This document shows, in pieces, positions 29,537-38,050 of a stretch of DNA of 64,000 nt. A model generated the notes under the pieces. It did not search any database. It saw only the letters and a list, made by a program, of their open reading frames with translations, and had not been told where the DNA came from. Made by a program: the position numbers and the translations under genes. The DNA is from Candidatus Bathyarchaeota archaeon (GTDB taxonomy: Archaea; Thermoproteota; Bathyarchaeia; Bathyarchaeales; Bathycorpusculaceae). The stretch's first letter is position 1; the number at the start of each line of letters is the position of its first letter. The DNA lies in NCBI GenBank assembly GCA_963768425.1, contig CAVYHV010000017.1, forward strand, positions 225,552 through 289,551. Direction: 5' to 3'.

Positions 29537-30448
29537 ATGTCCTTTAAATTCAACACGAAACAAAATATTTACACGGTTGGAAAAGCTAAAGTAGGCGGTC
29601 AGCCAGGAGAACTACCGACTTTTCTGATTGGTTCCATCTTTTGGCTCGGCCAGAAAATGGTTCAAGACGCAAACAAGGGTATTTTTGATGCAAAGGCAGC
29701 AGAAGACATAATCAACACTATGCAGACGCAAAGCGACATTACTGGTGTACAGTTCGCTTTTGACATTGTAGGAACTACTGATATGGCCTTTGAAAAATAC
29801 ATCGATTTCGTTGCAAAACACAGCGACGCACCTCTTATGCTCGATGCTATGAGCCCAAAGACACGTATGACGGCAGCTACTATCGCAAAGAAGATGGGCC
29901 TTGCAGACCGGTGTCTCTACAACTCAGTCTACAAAGGTGTGACTGATGCGGAACTGGCGAATTTGAAAGAAAGCGGCGTCAAAATGTCTATAGTGCTTGC
30001 TGATGACCCTAAAGATACCACAATGGAAGGTAAAATGAAGGTCATCCAGGAAGCATTAGCGTTGGCAGAAAAAGGCGGAATCACTAAGCCTTTGATTGAC
30101 ACGGCTATTCCCGCCTTCGCTCCAGACATGGGTACTGCGGTTAGAACAATACCGATCATGAAAGAGAAGTACGGTCACCCAGTAGGCTTAGGCAGCGGAA
30201 ACGTTGTCACAACCATGGGTTGGGTTAAAGCAAACGTCGCGAAAGAATTCCGCCCCGGGTGCAGAACCTCAACCAACTCTATCATGCAGACAGTAGGCGC
30301 TAACTGGCTTATGATTGGACCCGCAGAGCAAGCAGAATGGATTTTCCCCGCCGTTGCAATAACTGACACATACATTGCTTCAGCCGCAGGCGACCTTGGA
30401 ACTAGACCAATAGACGAGACTCATCCAATCTACAAAATGTTCATGTAG
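29537..30448 (+). CDS. mtrH: Tetrahydromethanopterin S-methyltransferase subunit H-like (MtrH/MtxH/MtgA family)
   Basis: VGGQPGELPTFLIGSIF, YNSV, KPLIDTA, KYGHPVG, HPIYKMF. Confidence 0.9.
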   Translation: MSFKFNTKQNIYTVGKAKVGGQPGELPTFLIGSIFWLGQKMVQDANKGIFDAKAAEDIINTMQTQSDITGVQFAFDIVGTTDMAFEKYIDFVAKHSDAPLMLDAMSPKTRMTAATIAKKMGLADRCLYNSVYKGVTDAELANLKESGVKMSIVLADDPKDTTMEGKMKVIQEALALAEKGGITKPLIDTAIPAFAPDMGTAVRTIPIMKEKYGHPVGLGSGNVVTTMGWVKANVAKEFRPGCRTSTNSIMQTVGANWLMIGPAEQAEWIFPAVAITDTYIASAAGDLGTRPIDETHPIYKMFM

Positions 30449-30500
30449 AAAAAACCCCTTCCTTTATTTTTTATTTGTTAAATTTTTTGAAGGCGAAAAT

Positions 30501-30893
30501 CTGAAGCCTCTCACATGGTTTGAAATTATTGTTGCCTTCACAGTCTTAACGTTAGCAGTAACTTATCTTATTCCCGGCGACTCGTTGTTTGCCGTTTTGC
30601 GTTATGTTTTCGGTTTTGTATTTGTTGTTTTTCTGCCAGGCTACTGTCTAATCAACAGTCTCTTCAGGGGTAAAAACAGGATTGACCCGGTTGAGCAGGC
30701 TGTTTTGTCGGTGGCTTTGAGTTTTGGTTTAGATGGTTTGGCAGGTTTGTTTTTGGGCCTTTCTCCTATAGGCATTAACTTTACTTCGATAACGGTATCG
30801 CTTACCGTGATTGTGCTGGTTTTCGCTGCTGTTGCGCTTCTGAGAATGTTAAGAGAGCCTAATGTGCAGAGCCCTGAGCAAGTAAGCTCCTGA
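30501..30893 (+). CDS. DUF1616-like membrane protein
   Basis: LRYVFGFVFVVFLPGY...E...LSVALS. The frame is open upstream of 30585 with an extra TM helix, so a CTG start at 30501 is plausible. Confidence 0.7.
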   Translation: MKPLTWFEIIVAFTVLTLAVTYLIPGDSLFAVLRYVFGFVFVVFLPGYCLINSLFRGKNRIDPVEQAVLSVALSFGLDGLAGLFLGLSPIGINFTSITVSLTVIVLVFAAVALLRMLREPNVQSPEQVSS

Positions 30894-32234
30894 AGTTTTC
30901 ACCGCTGACTTCCCGTATGTCCCGCCTTTACGCATCATGTGGAAAACGTATCCTGGGCGGAGGTAGAATTGCTGGTAAGCCTTGTAGCGGATCTCCGCAA
31001 GTTTCTCCATGGTCAGCCACGGAGTTTCAAAAGTTGGTCCCGCCGTGTCGTATTTATCGAAGTCTGTGACTCTCAGCCACCCGTTATTCTTAACTTGCTC
31101 GTACATGGGTGTTCCAGGATACGGAGTGGCAACGTAGAACCCCACGTCAGCAAGGTTAAGTTCCTTGACAAAGCGGATCGTTTCTTTTGCTGTCTGTTCA
31201 GTTTCACCTGGAAAACCTAAAACAACGTTCCCAATAGTCATTAATCCAACTTCATTGGCTGTTTTGAAGGCTAAGCGTGTCTGGTCAAGCTTGATTTTCT
31301 TGTTCATCTTACCCAATATGGCTTCTGAACCTGACTCAACGCCCATCCAAACAGCGATGCAGCCAGCATTATGCATAGTTTTGAGCATTTCTCGGTCAAC
31401 CATATCGACGCGTGTGCCGCAGTCCCAGGTCATGTTAAGTTTTCTGGTGTGGAGTTCCTCGCATATTTTGAGGACCCGATCCCGGTTAACTGAGAAGGCG
31501 TCGTCGTAGAAGGTGACTTGGTCTACTCCGTATTTGTCGTGCACGAACTGCATTTCGTCAACAACGTTTTTGGGGCTTCTGAAACGATATCCTCTGCCGA
31601 ACATGCGCACTGTGCTGCAGAAGTCGCACCAGTATACGCAGCCTCGGCTTGTGATAAGCGGAAACAGGATCTTCCCCATTCTTTTGAGCGAGTCAAGCGG
31701 GAGTAAATGATGAGCGGGAAAAGGAAGCGAATCCAAATCCTCCAAAAAAGGCCTATCCTCAGTACGCACTATTGTACCATCTTTTGCTCGAAAAGTTACT
31801 CCTAGCACGCCAGCGAGGCTGTCTCCGCTTTGCAATTTGTTAAGCAATTCGATGAATGTTATTTCGCCTTCTCTACGCACGACAACGTCAAGGCTCGGGT
31901 ATTCGTGCAACGCATTTTCATCCCAGAAGGTTCCGTGGCTTCCGCCGAGCATAGTGATGGCTTGCGGGTGAGCTTCCTTGGCTATGTTTATGAGTTGCAT
32001 GGCTGATTTGTAGAGAAGTGTGGTGGCTGTTACACCAATGACGTCCGATTTTAACTGGCCAATTTTCTGCTTGAAAAGATCGTATGTTAGCCTTTCAGCT
32101 TGGCAATCGATGATGTTGACTTCATGCCCAGCCTTTTCAGCTACAGCGCCTAGGTAAGCAAGGCCCAGCGGGATAAATGGCGGGTGCGAGTGCACATGTA
32201 GCGGGTAAGGGGGATTAACCAAGGTAATCTTCAA
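30849..32234 (-). CDS. Cobalamin-binding (class B) radical SAM enzyme
   Basis: LKITLVNPP, IPLGLAYL, GGSH, SRGCVYWCDFC, GVESG; likely TTG start at 32234. Confidence 0.92.
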   Translation of the reverse strand: MKITLVNPPYPLHVHSHPPFIPLGLAYLGAVAEKAGHEVNIIDCQAERLTYDLFKQKIGQLKSDVIGVTATTLLYKSAMQLINIAKEAHPQAITMLGGSHGTFWDENALHEYPSLDVVVRREGEITFIELLNKLQSGDSLAGVLGVTFRAKDGTIVRTEDRPFLEDLDSLPFPAHHLLPLDSLKRMGKILFPLITSRGCVYWCDFCSTVRMFGRGYRFRSPKNVVDEMQFVHDKYGVDQVTFYDDAFSVNRDRVLKICEELHTRKLNMTWDCGTRVDMVDREMLKTMHNAGCIAVWMGVESGSEAILGKMNKKIKLDQTRLAFKTANEVGLMTIGNVVLGFPGETEQTAKETIRFVKELNLADVGFYVATPYPGTPMYEQVKNNGWLRVTDFDKYDTAGPTFETPWLTMEKLAEIRYKAYQQFYLRPGYVFHMMRKGGTYGKSAVKTSGAYLLRALHIRLS

Positions 32235-32564
32235 TCTAGATACGCTCTTTAAGTGACTGCTTTGTACGTTAAGAAGAATTATATAGTTTTCTAGATAAAG
32301 CACAAAAACAATAAACAAACAGGTTAAGGAGTTTTCGAGGCATCACACTAATTTTATTGGCTTACTCTTGCTTTTTGTGTCTTTTTTTTACAATAACTAG
32401 AACAATCTAAGGCAGATAATACCTCGTTTGACTTGTTTGATTTTTTAATGTCCACTGCCAACAAGAAAGTTATCAAATGTTGTTTGTTGGTACAGCCATA
32501 ATCTAAGATTGCGTTGACACTGATTAATTAAAAAGTAAAAAAGAAGAACAATAATAGGTTTCTT

Positions 32565-32590
32565 TTGTTGTTGTTGATGTTGTTGTTGAT
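32565..32590. repeat. (TTG)n microsatellite in an AT-rich intergenic region
   Basis: ttgttgttgttgatgttgttgttgat. Confidence 0.7.
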
Positions 32591-32758
32591 ATTCTAGTTT
32601 TGGGTTGCGAAAAACTGCCAAGGGTAGGAAAGCATAACCCTGTTAAATGGTAGAAGAAGCGCGTTTGTTCCGGTTTGTTATTCATTTTCAAAAACAAGAA
32701 TAGACTTGAGAAAAACCATCAAAAAAGAAATTAGCAAAGTAATGAAGAGGTTGGGATG

Positions 32759-33664
32759 CTATGCTTTCAGCATCTTTTCCCATCGGTTGAAGAGCTCTAA
32801 GACTTCGTCGCCGCCGTGACCCTTAAGGAACTCACGTGTTTCTTTGTCTGCGACTGCGTTCTTTTGGAACTCTTGTATCCACTGGGCTTTTTCAGCGAGG
32901 AAGATTATGCCGTCTATGCCTGTTCTTGCTGCGCGTGTAGCTACCGTCATGATTTGCTTTGTCGGTGCAACTGTGTCCCAAGTTTCGTTTGGACCTCTGA
33001 CATAGAAGTTCACGTAGACTGGTTTTTTGAGGAAGCTTTTGTAGCCTCTTGCGATTGTTTCCCAGTACCATGGGGTCGGATATGCCTTGCTGAACATTGG
33101 GATTACAAAGTAATCAGCGTACTGTGCCATCGCTTCGAAGTCGTAGCCAAACCGCATCTTGCCCAGCAACGGATCAGGCAGGCAGTTCACGAAAAGCGGC
33201 TTGTTTTTGACGACGTCGCGAACTTCGCTAAGGAATTCGGTGACGGTTTTGGCTCGCCAATCAACCCAGTTTAATCCGCTTTGGCGCCATTGTTCAACGC
33301 AGCGTGGGCAGGTGCAGAAGTCGCGTTCAGCAAAGTGTTGGCTGCTGATGCTTATGCCAGGGGTTTTTTTCGCTGATTCAGCGATAATTTTGAGGTTGTA
33401 TTCTCTGGCTTCTGGGTTAGTCATGCATACGACGTCCCAGCGGAGGTTGTATTTTTTGTTGGTGCGCAGAGCTGGTCCGTCTTTGCTGATTGAGACCCAG
33501 TCTGGGCGTTTTGCTGCCATAAAGTTGTCGCCGAAGCAGGCGATGTTAGTGTACATTTCAGGGTTGGGTTTTCCAACGATCCCAGATTCGGACTTCAAAC
33601 GGTAAAAGTTGTAGTCAACGCCTTCAACGGGCTCTGGTTGATAGAGAAATACGCCAAATTTCAC
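32759..33664 (-). CDS. Hypothetical Cys-rich protein, glycoside-hydrolase-like TIM barrel
   Basis: VCMTNPEAREY and FCTCPRC motifs typical of GHL/DUF187-like barrels; paralog of 35070..35954. Confidence 0.7.
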   Translation of the reverse strand: MKFGVFLYQPEPVEGVDYNFYRLKSESGIVGKPNPEMYTNIACFGDNFMAAKRPDWVSISKDGPALRTNKKYNLRWDVVCMTNPEAREYNLKIIAESAKKTPGISISSQHFAERDFCTCPRCVEQWRQSGLNWVDWRAKTVTEFLSEVRDVVKNKPLFVNCLPDPLLGKMRFGYDFEAMAQYADYFVIPMFSKAYPTPWYWETIARGYKSFLKKPVYVNFYVRGPNETWDTVAPTKQIMTVATRAARTGIDGIIFLAEKAQWIQEFQKNAVADKETREFLKGHGGDEVLELFNRWEKMLKA

Positions 33665-33732
33665 TTTTGATACACCATCGTAACAATTGTTTTACCAACG
33701 AATAAAAGTGCAAGTTATTTAAGTCTTTTCAG

Positions 33733-34773
33733 TTAAGCCTCAGAAACAGCTTTCCTCACAATTCTGATTAGAACTTGTTTTAGTATAGGGGGCAAATCAA
33801 CTTCCTCATAACTTGGCACTTTAGAGCAAGACCCTGCGGTGCTGGTTAGGTTACCGAAGCATTTGCTTAACGTTTCAGCATCGCCAAGCTCAGCTGGCAG
33901 CAGGTTCTTCTTAACATCGTCATCTATCTTTGCCGCCGCCAACAAAAAAGATAGGGCTACGGGGCTGTTCTTTAGAATTTCAGCCAAGCCTTCGGTGTCA
34001 ACCTGTAATCCTTCGACTTTAGATACTTCAGTCGCAAGCTTCTCAAGTGGAAGATGTCTCTCTTTCAACCTATCCAATACTGTTCGGCAACCCCAAATTG
34101 GCTCTTGTTTGATCAGGGCTTCCGTTACGGCTTTCCTAGTGCAGTACCCGACAACTTTGCCAAGCTTTGACGCTGGACCACCATAACTGATAACTTTGCC
34201 TTGGCAAGGCGACGCAATGGCGACGCTGTCGGTTATTGAACCAGTAGCTGAGTCCCCTGTATACAGGCTTCGGACATCAAAATCTCTTAGCGCCGCTGAT
34301 TTGGCTTCCGTAGCAGTAACAACTGACGCTACCATGCAGCTCTGCGTTGGGTTAGCGTCGATTAGCACGATGACGTTTATGGTGCCCTTTGAGATTTCTT
34401 GGACATTCATTTCTTCGCCTGAGGATTCTCCATGTGAACAGCCTGCTGTTGCGGCTACACTTACGGAAAAATCAGCTGTTTTCTTTTGGACTAAGCTGTA
34501 GTTTTTGATTTTGGCAGCTGTCACCATGCCGACGTAATCTTTAGTTAACCCGAGCTTAGCGGCAGATGAAGTGATAAGTTCCAGCGGGTCAAGGTGCAAG
34601 GAACGGTCATTATACCCTTCCGGCACCCCTACATTGAGGACAGCGTTTGCTTGTCTGTTCCCGCCATTAAATATGGCTGAACTAACTACACTTAAAGGAT
34701 TATCACAAATTACGGCTAGTACGTTTTCTTTTATTACAAGTTTGATGCCGTCTGCAAGATCTGCCTGTTCCAT
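33733..34773 (-). CDS. cbiZ: Adenosylcobinamide amidohydrolase
   Basis: SSAIFNGG, GMVTAA, ATAG, GTINVIV, TATEAK, ATGSITDSV. Confidence 0.88.
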   Translation of the reverse strand: MEQADLADGIKLVIKENVLAVICDNPLSVVSSAIFNGGNRQANAVLNVGVPEGYNDRSLHLDPLELITSSAAKLGLTKDYVGMVTAAKIKNYSLVQKKTADFSVSVAATAGCSHGESSGEEMNVQEISKGTINVIVLIDANPTQSCMVASVVTATEAKSAALRDFDVRSLYTGDSATGSITDSVAIASPCQGKVISYGGPASKLGKVVGYCTRKAVTEALIKQEPIWGCRTVLDRLKERHLPLEKLATEVSKVEGLQVDTEGLAEILKNSPVALSFLLAAAKIDDDVKKNLLPAELGDAETLSKCFGNLTSTAGSCSKVPSYEEVDLPPILKQVLIRIVRKAVSEA

Positions 34774-34798
34774 GCCAGCCTATCGCCTTAACCACTTG

Positions 34799-35008
34799 TT
34801 AGGGTTTGCTAATAGTAATGGCTTTTGCTGGACACAAATTTACACAGACACCACATAAAGTACACTCGACAACATCAACAATCTGCGGTTTCCTGTTTTT
34901 GCCCTCTTCAAAAACGCCTTGGGGGCAAACGCCGACGCAAATGAGTCCTGCGCAGGATGTGCATTTAGAGGCATCTATAAGAATAACGGATTTCTGCAGT
35001 TTGCCCAT
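34799..35008 (-). CDS. 2x[4Fe-4S] ferredoxin
   Basis: CTSCAGLICVGVCP and CTLCGVCVNLCP. Confidence 0.88.
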   Translation of the reverse strand: MGKLQKSVILIDASKCTSCAGLICVGVCPQGVFEEGKNRKPQIVDVVECTLCGVCVNLCPAKAITISKP

Positions 35009-35069
35009 CGGAATCAAGATTTAAGAAAGCACCAAGAATATATTGTTTGCGCGCATCAAATAGGAGAGT

Positions 35070-35954
35070 ATGCAGATAGGTTTGGTTACTTACAAGCCCG
35101 AAAAAGTCGAGGGCTACGACCTTCATGTTTACTACTCGAAGTGGACGGACGGACAAGCTTTCCCTGCCGCAAAAGGCATGCAGAACGATGTCACAGTTCT
35201 TTGTGACGCCAAAGCATTAAGGGAAGATCCAAGTCTCGTCGCAATGTCAAACACTGGACCGGCGCTACGCAAGAACAGGCGGTCAAATTTGGCCTTTGAT
35301 TTTGTCTGCCCAACACACCCAGCTTATCGAGTCAAAGCTTTAAACTACATAGAAGGCCTAAGCCAAGAAAACATTTTGGGCGTTACTCTGAACCTTTATC
35401 ATTTTCCCGACCAAGAGTATTGTGTTTGTCCACGATGCGTGGAAAAATGGAAGCAAAGCGGTTTAAGCTGGACACAGTGGAGGGCTCAAACGGTTACTGA
35501 ACTTTTGCAGGAAGCCAAAGAACTTGTAAAAGGAACTTTTGCTGTGGAAATTTACCCTGACCCCGTGCTTGCTAAAGAACGCTACGGCTTGGACCTTGCT
35601 GCAATAGGGGATTTGGTCGACTACTTCCACGTGCCGCTTTCCTCACGAGATTACTTAACTAACTACTGGACCATCATGTTGGCAAGGGATTTTGCAGCGT
35701 CTTTGAAAAAACCCGTTGTTGTGGAGTTAAGCGCTGAAATGCCCACTGACGAAAAACTTGAAGCACTGTTGAAAACGGTGGCTTACATTTCCAGGCACGA
35801 GTTGGATGCGGTGCTGTTGCTGGTGCATGATTCTGAGAACGCCAGGCAAGTCTGCAGGTATGCGGTAAACAACAGTGACCTTAGAGATTGGCTGGAAAAA
35901 TACGATTTTGGGGAAATGAACCGAATCATCGACGGCTGGGCTAAACTGTACTGA
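35070..35954 (+). CDS. Hypothetical Cys-rich protein, glycoside-hydrolase-like TIM barrel
   Basis: VCPTHPAYR, YCVCPRC, QSGLSWTQWRAQTVTE; paralog of 32759..33664. Confidence 0.7.
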   Translation: MQIGLVTYKPEKVEGYDLHVYYSKWTDGQAFPAAKGMQNDVTVLCDAKALREDPSLVAMSNTGPALRKNRRSNLAFDFVCPTHPAYRVKALNYIEGLSQENILGVTLNLYHFPDQEYCVCPRCVEKWKQSGLSWTQWRAQTVTELLQEAKELVKGTFAVEIYPDPVLAKERYGLDLAAIGDLVDYFHVPLSSRDYLTNYWTIMLARDFAASLKKPVVVELSAEMPTDEKLEALLKTVAYISRHELDAVLLLVHDSENARQVCRYAVNNSDLRDWLEKYDFGEMNRIIDGWAKLY

Positions 35955-36693
35955 GTTTGCTTCGATATTCTTTCAGCCGCTGCATGTCGAGGTCTCGGGT
36001 CAAAATCGAATCTTTTGGCGCGTCGGTTACTTCTCCAAGTATGCCCCAGGGAGCAATGATTGCGCTTCTTCCGCCCCTCATGTTTGAACAAACATTGCCC
36101 ACCTTAAGCAGGAACAAACCGAAGTTGCGTGCAATTCCCTCCGTCAACGGGTGACCTTTGACAACTGGATGAGTGCCCATTGCTGCCACTGGAAGAGAAA
36201 TGATTTCTGCACCCATAGATGCAACACGCTTAACAAGGTCAGGGTCAAACGAATCAGCACAAACCAGCAGCCCGATCTTGCCGATCTCCGTATTAACCAC
36301 AACTGGTTGGCTGCCTCTGGCGACACCGGCGTTAATTTCAGCTCTTATAGGGTTTATCTTCTTATATTTAGCTAAGAGAGAACCGTTTTTCCACAGGGTG
36401 CTTGTGTTGTAGTATTGTCCCCTGTCTTCTTCGAGTACTGTGCCACCTAGAAAGTAGATATTGCCAATCTGCTTTGATTCTTGTTGCAAGAAGTTGAGGG
36501 TTTCTCTGCAGGTTTCTTGAGAGATTTTTTTCGCGTTCGTAAAGTCTGCCATGCAATTGGGGACAGTAAAATATTCAGGGAGCGCAATTATTGCTGGTTT
36601 TTTCTTTGCGGCTGAATCAACGGCGACCTTGGCTGCGTCTATGTTTGCTTTGAATGTGCTACGGATTTCCATATGAAGTATGCTTACTTTCAC
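35941..36693 (-). CDS. Carbon-nitrogen hydrolase (nitrilase superfamily)
   Basis: Catalytic triad LPEY / YKK / VCAD; GRSAIIAPWG. Confidence 0.9.
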   Translation of the reverse strand: MKVSILHMEIRSTFKANIDAAKVAVDSAAKKKPAIIALPEYFTVPNCMADFTNAKKISQETCRETLNFLQQESKQIGNIYFLGGTVLEEDRGQYYNTSTLWKNGSLLAKYKKINPIRAEINAGVARGSQPVVVNTEIGKIGLLVCADSFDPDLVKRVASMGAEIISLPVAAMGTHPVVKGHPLTEGIARNFGLFLLKVGNVCSNMRGGRSAIIAPWGILGEVTDAPKDSILTRDLDMQRLKEYRSKLSTV

Positions 36694-36913
36694 GTTCTAT
36701 CCTCTGTCCTCTTAAGCTGGATTATGACTGACAATTTTTGACTTTTAAATGTGATGTATTGCTACGCATAGGTTTTTCCATTCCTGTTAGATGGCGTCTG
36801 TTCAGTATTTTGTTCACTTTCAGCACATATGTTTACTATTTCTCGTCTTTTGTATGCAGACGGTAAACTTAAATACTTGTAAAATGAAAAGCAATATATT
36901 GCGAGGAAAAGAA

Positions 36914-37894
36914 ATGACGCTAGACCCTTCAGAATATAACAAGCTCTTACCACAAATCAGAACATTAGTAAACAAATGTGTCAAGAAAAACATGGCTGAC
37001 GGCTTCTTGTTTTCAGCTGGAACCGACACTCAGATAATTGCTTACGAAGCGGTAAAATACAAACCTGATATTCCATGCCTAACCTTAGCGTTCAAACACG
37101 GAAGCCCAAAAGACACCGAATACGTCAAGCGCATGGTAGAACTCTTGCACTTAAAACAGGAGACCTATCAGTTCGGCAAAGAAGACGTTATGAAATACTA
37201 CCCCAAAGTCGTCGAAGCGCTCAAAAAATTTGACCCCATGGAAATCAGAAACAGCCTTCCAGTCTACATCGGCTTAACAATATTCAAACCCAAAGGAATC
37301 AAATCCGTATTCACAGGTGATGCATTAGACGAGCTTTTCGGGTACCCATGGCAATTCCACCTATCAGAAGCTGAATTCGCAAAGAAGCAACAGGAAATGT
37401 GGGCAGAAATGGGTTTCTCCTCGTTCCCAATGGCGGAATCTCTTGGAATGCAAATCAAGGCACCATATCGAGACCCAGAATTCATGGATTGGGCAATGAA
37501 GCTACCTATCAAATACAAGATCAACATGTACAACGGAGTAAAATATAGCAAATGGATATTGCGCAAAGCCTACGAAGACGTCATACCTATGGATGTCATC
37601 TGGAGACCCAAAGCTCCTCTTGAACAGGGAACAGGAACAGAAACACTGAGAACATACTTCAACGACATGATCCCCGACAAGGAATTCGCGGACAAAAAGG
37701 CAGCAATCAAAGCGGCAGATGACGTTGAAATCCAAGACAAAGAACAGCTACTCTACTACGAAGTCTTCCGCAAAAAGTTCGGCAAACCAAAAGACGTCTT
37801 CCCTGACAACGGCGGCATTCAATGTCCAAAATGCAAGAGCCACATTAAGACAAAGATTCAGTTCTGCAAAGTTTGCGGAGCTTACCCCATCTAA
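36914..37894 (+). CDS. Asparagine synthase-like PP-loop protein with no glutaminase domain and a C-terminal zinc ribbon
   Basis: FSAGTDT, FDPMEIRNS, TGDALDELFGY, KWILRKAYE, WRPKAPLEQGTG; CPKC...CKVCGAYP. Confidence 0.85.
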   Translation: MTLDPSEYNKLLPQIRTLVNKCVKKNMADGFLFSAGTDTQIIAYEAVKYKPDIPCLTLAFKHGSPKDTEYVKRMVELLHLKQETYQFGKEDVMKYYPKVVEALKKFDPMEIRNSLPVYIGLTIFKPKGIKSVFTGDALDELFGYPWQFHLSEAEFAKKQQEMWAEMGFSSFPMAESLGMQIKAPYRDPEFMDWAMKLPIKYKINMYNGVKYSKWILRKAYEDVIPMDVIWRPKAPLEQGTGTETLRTYFNDMIPDKEFADKKAAIKAADDVEIQDKEQLLYYEVFRKKFGKPKDVFPDNGGIQCPKCKSHIKTKIQFCKVCGAYPI

Positions 37895-38050
37895 ATTTTT
37901 CTTTATTCTTTCAAGCCCAAAAGGCACGATTTTTTCAAACACTCAGCCGTCTTGGTTTCAATTTTCCGATTTTGGATTCATAACAATCAAATAATACGAT
38001 AGAGTAGTTTAACTAGAGAGCTCACTCACATAGTCAGGTGCCAATCAGGA

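Noticed and set aside
29090-30448. Evidence for methanogenesis or a full Mtr complex
   Set aside because: Only MtrH and a corrinoid protein are present; there is no mtrA-G or mcr in the window.
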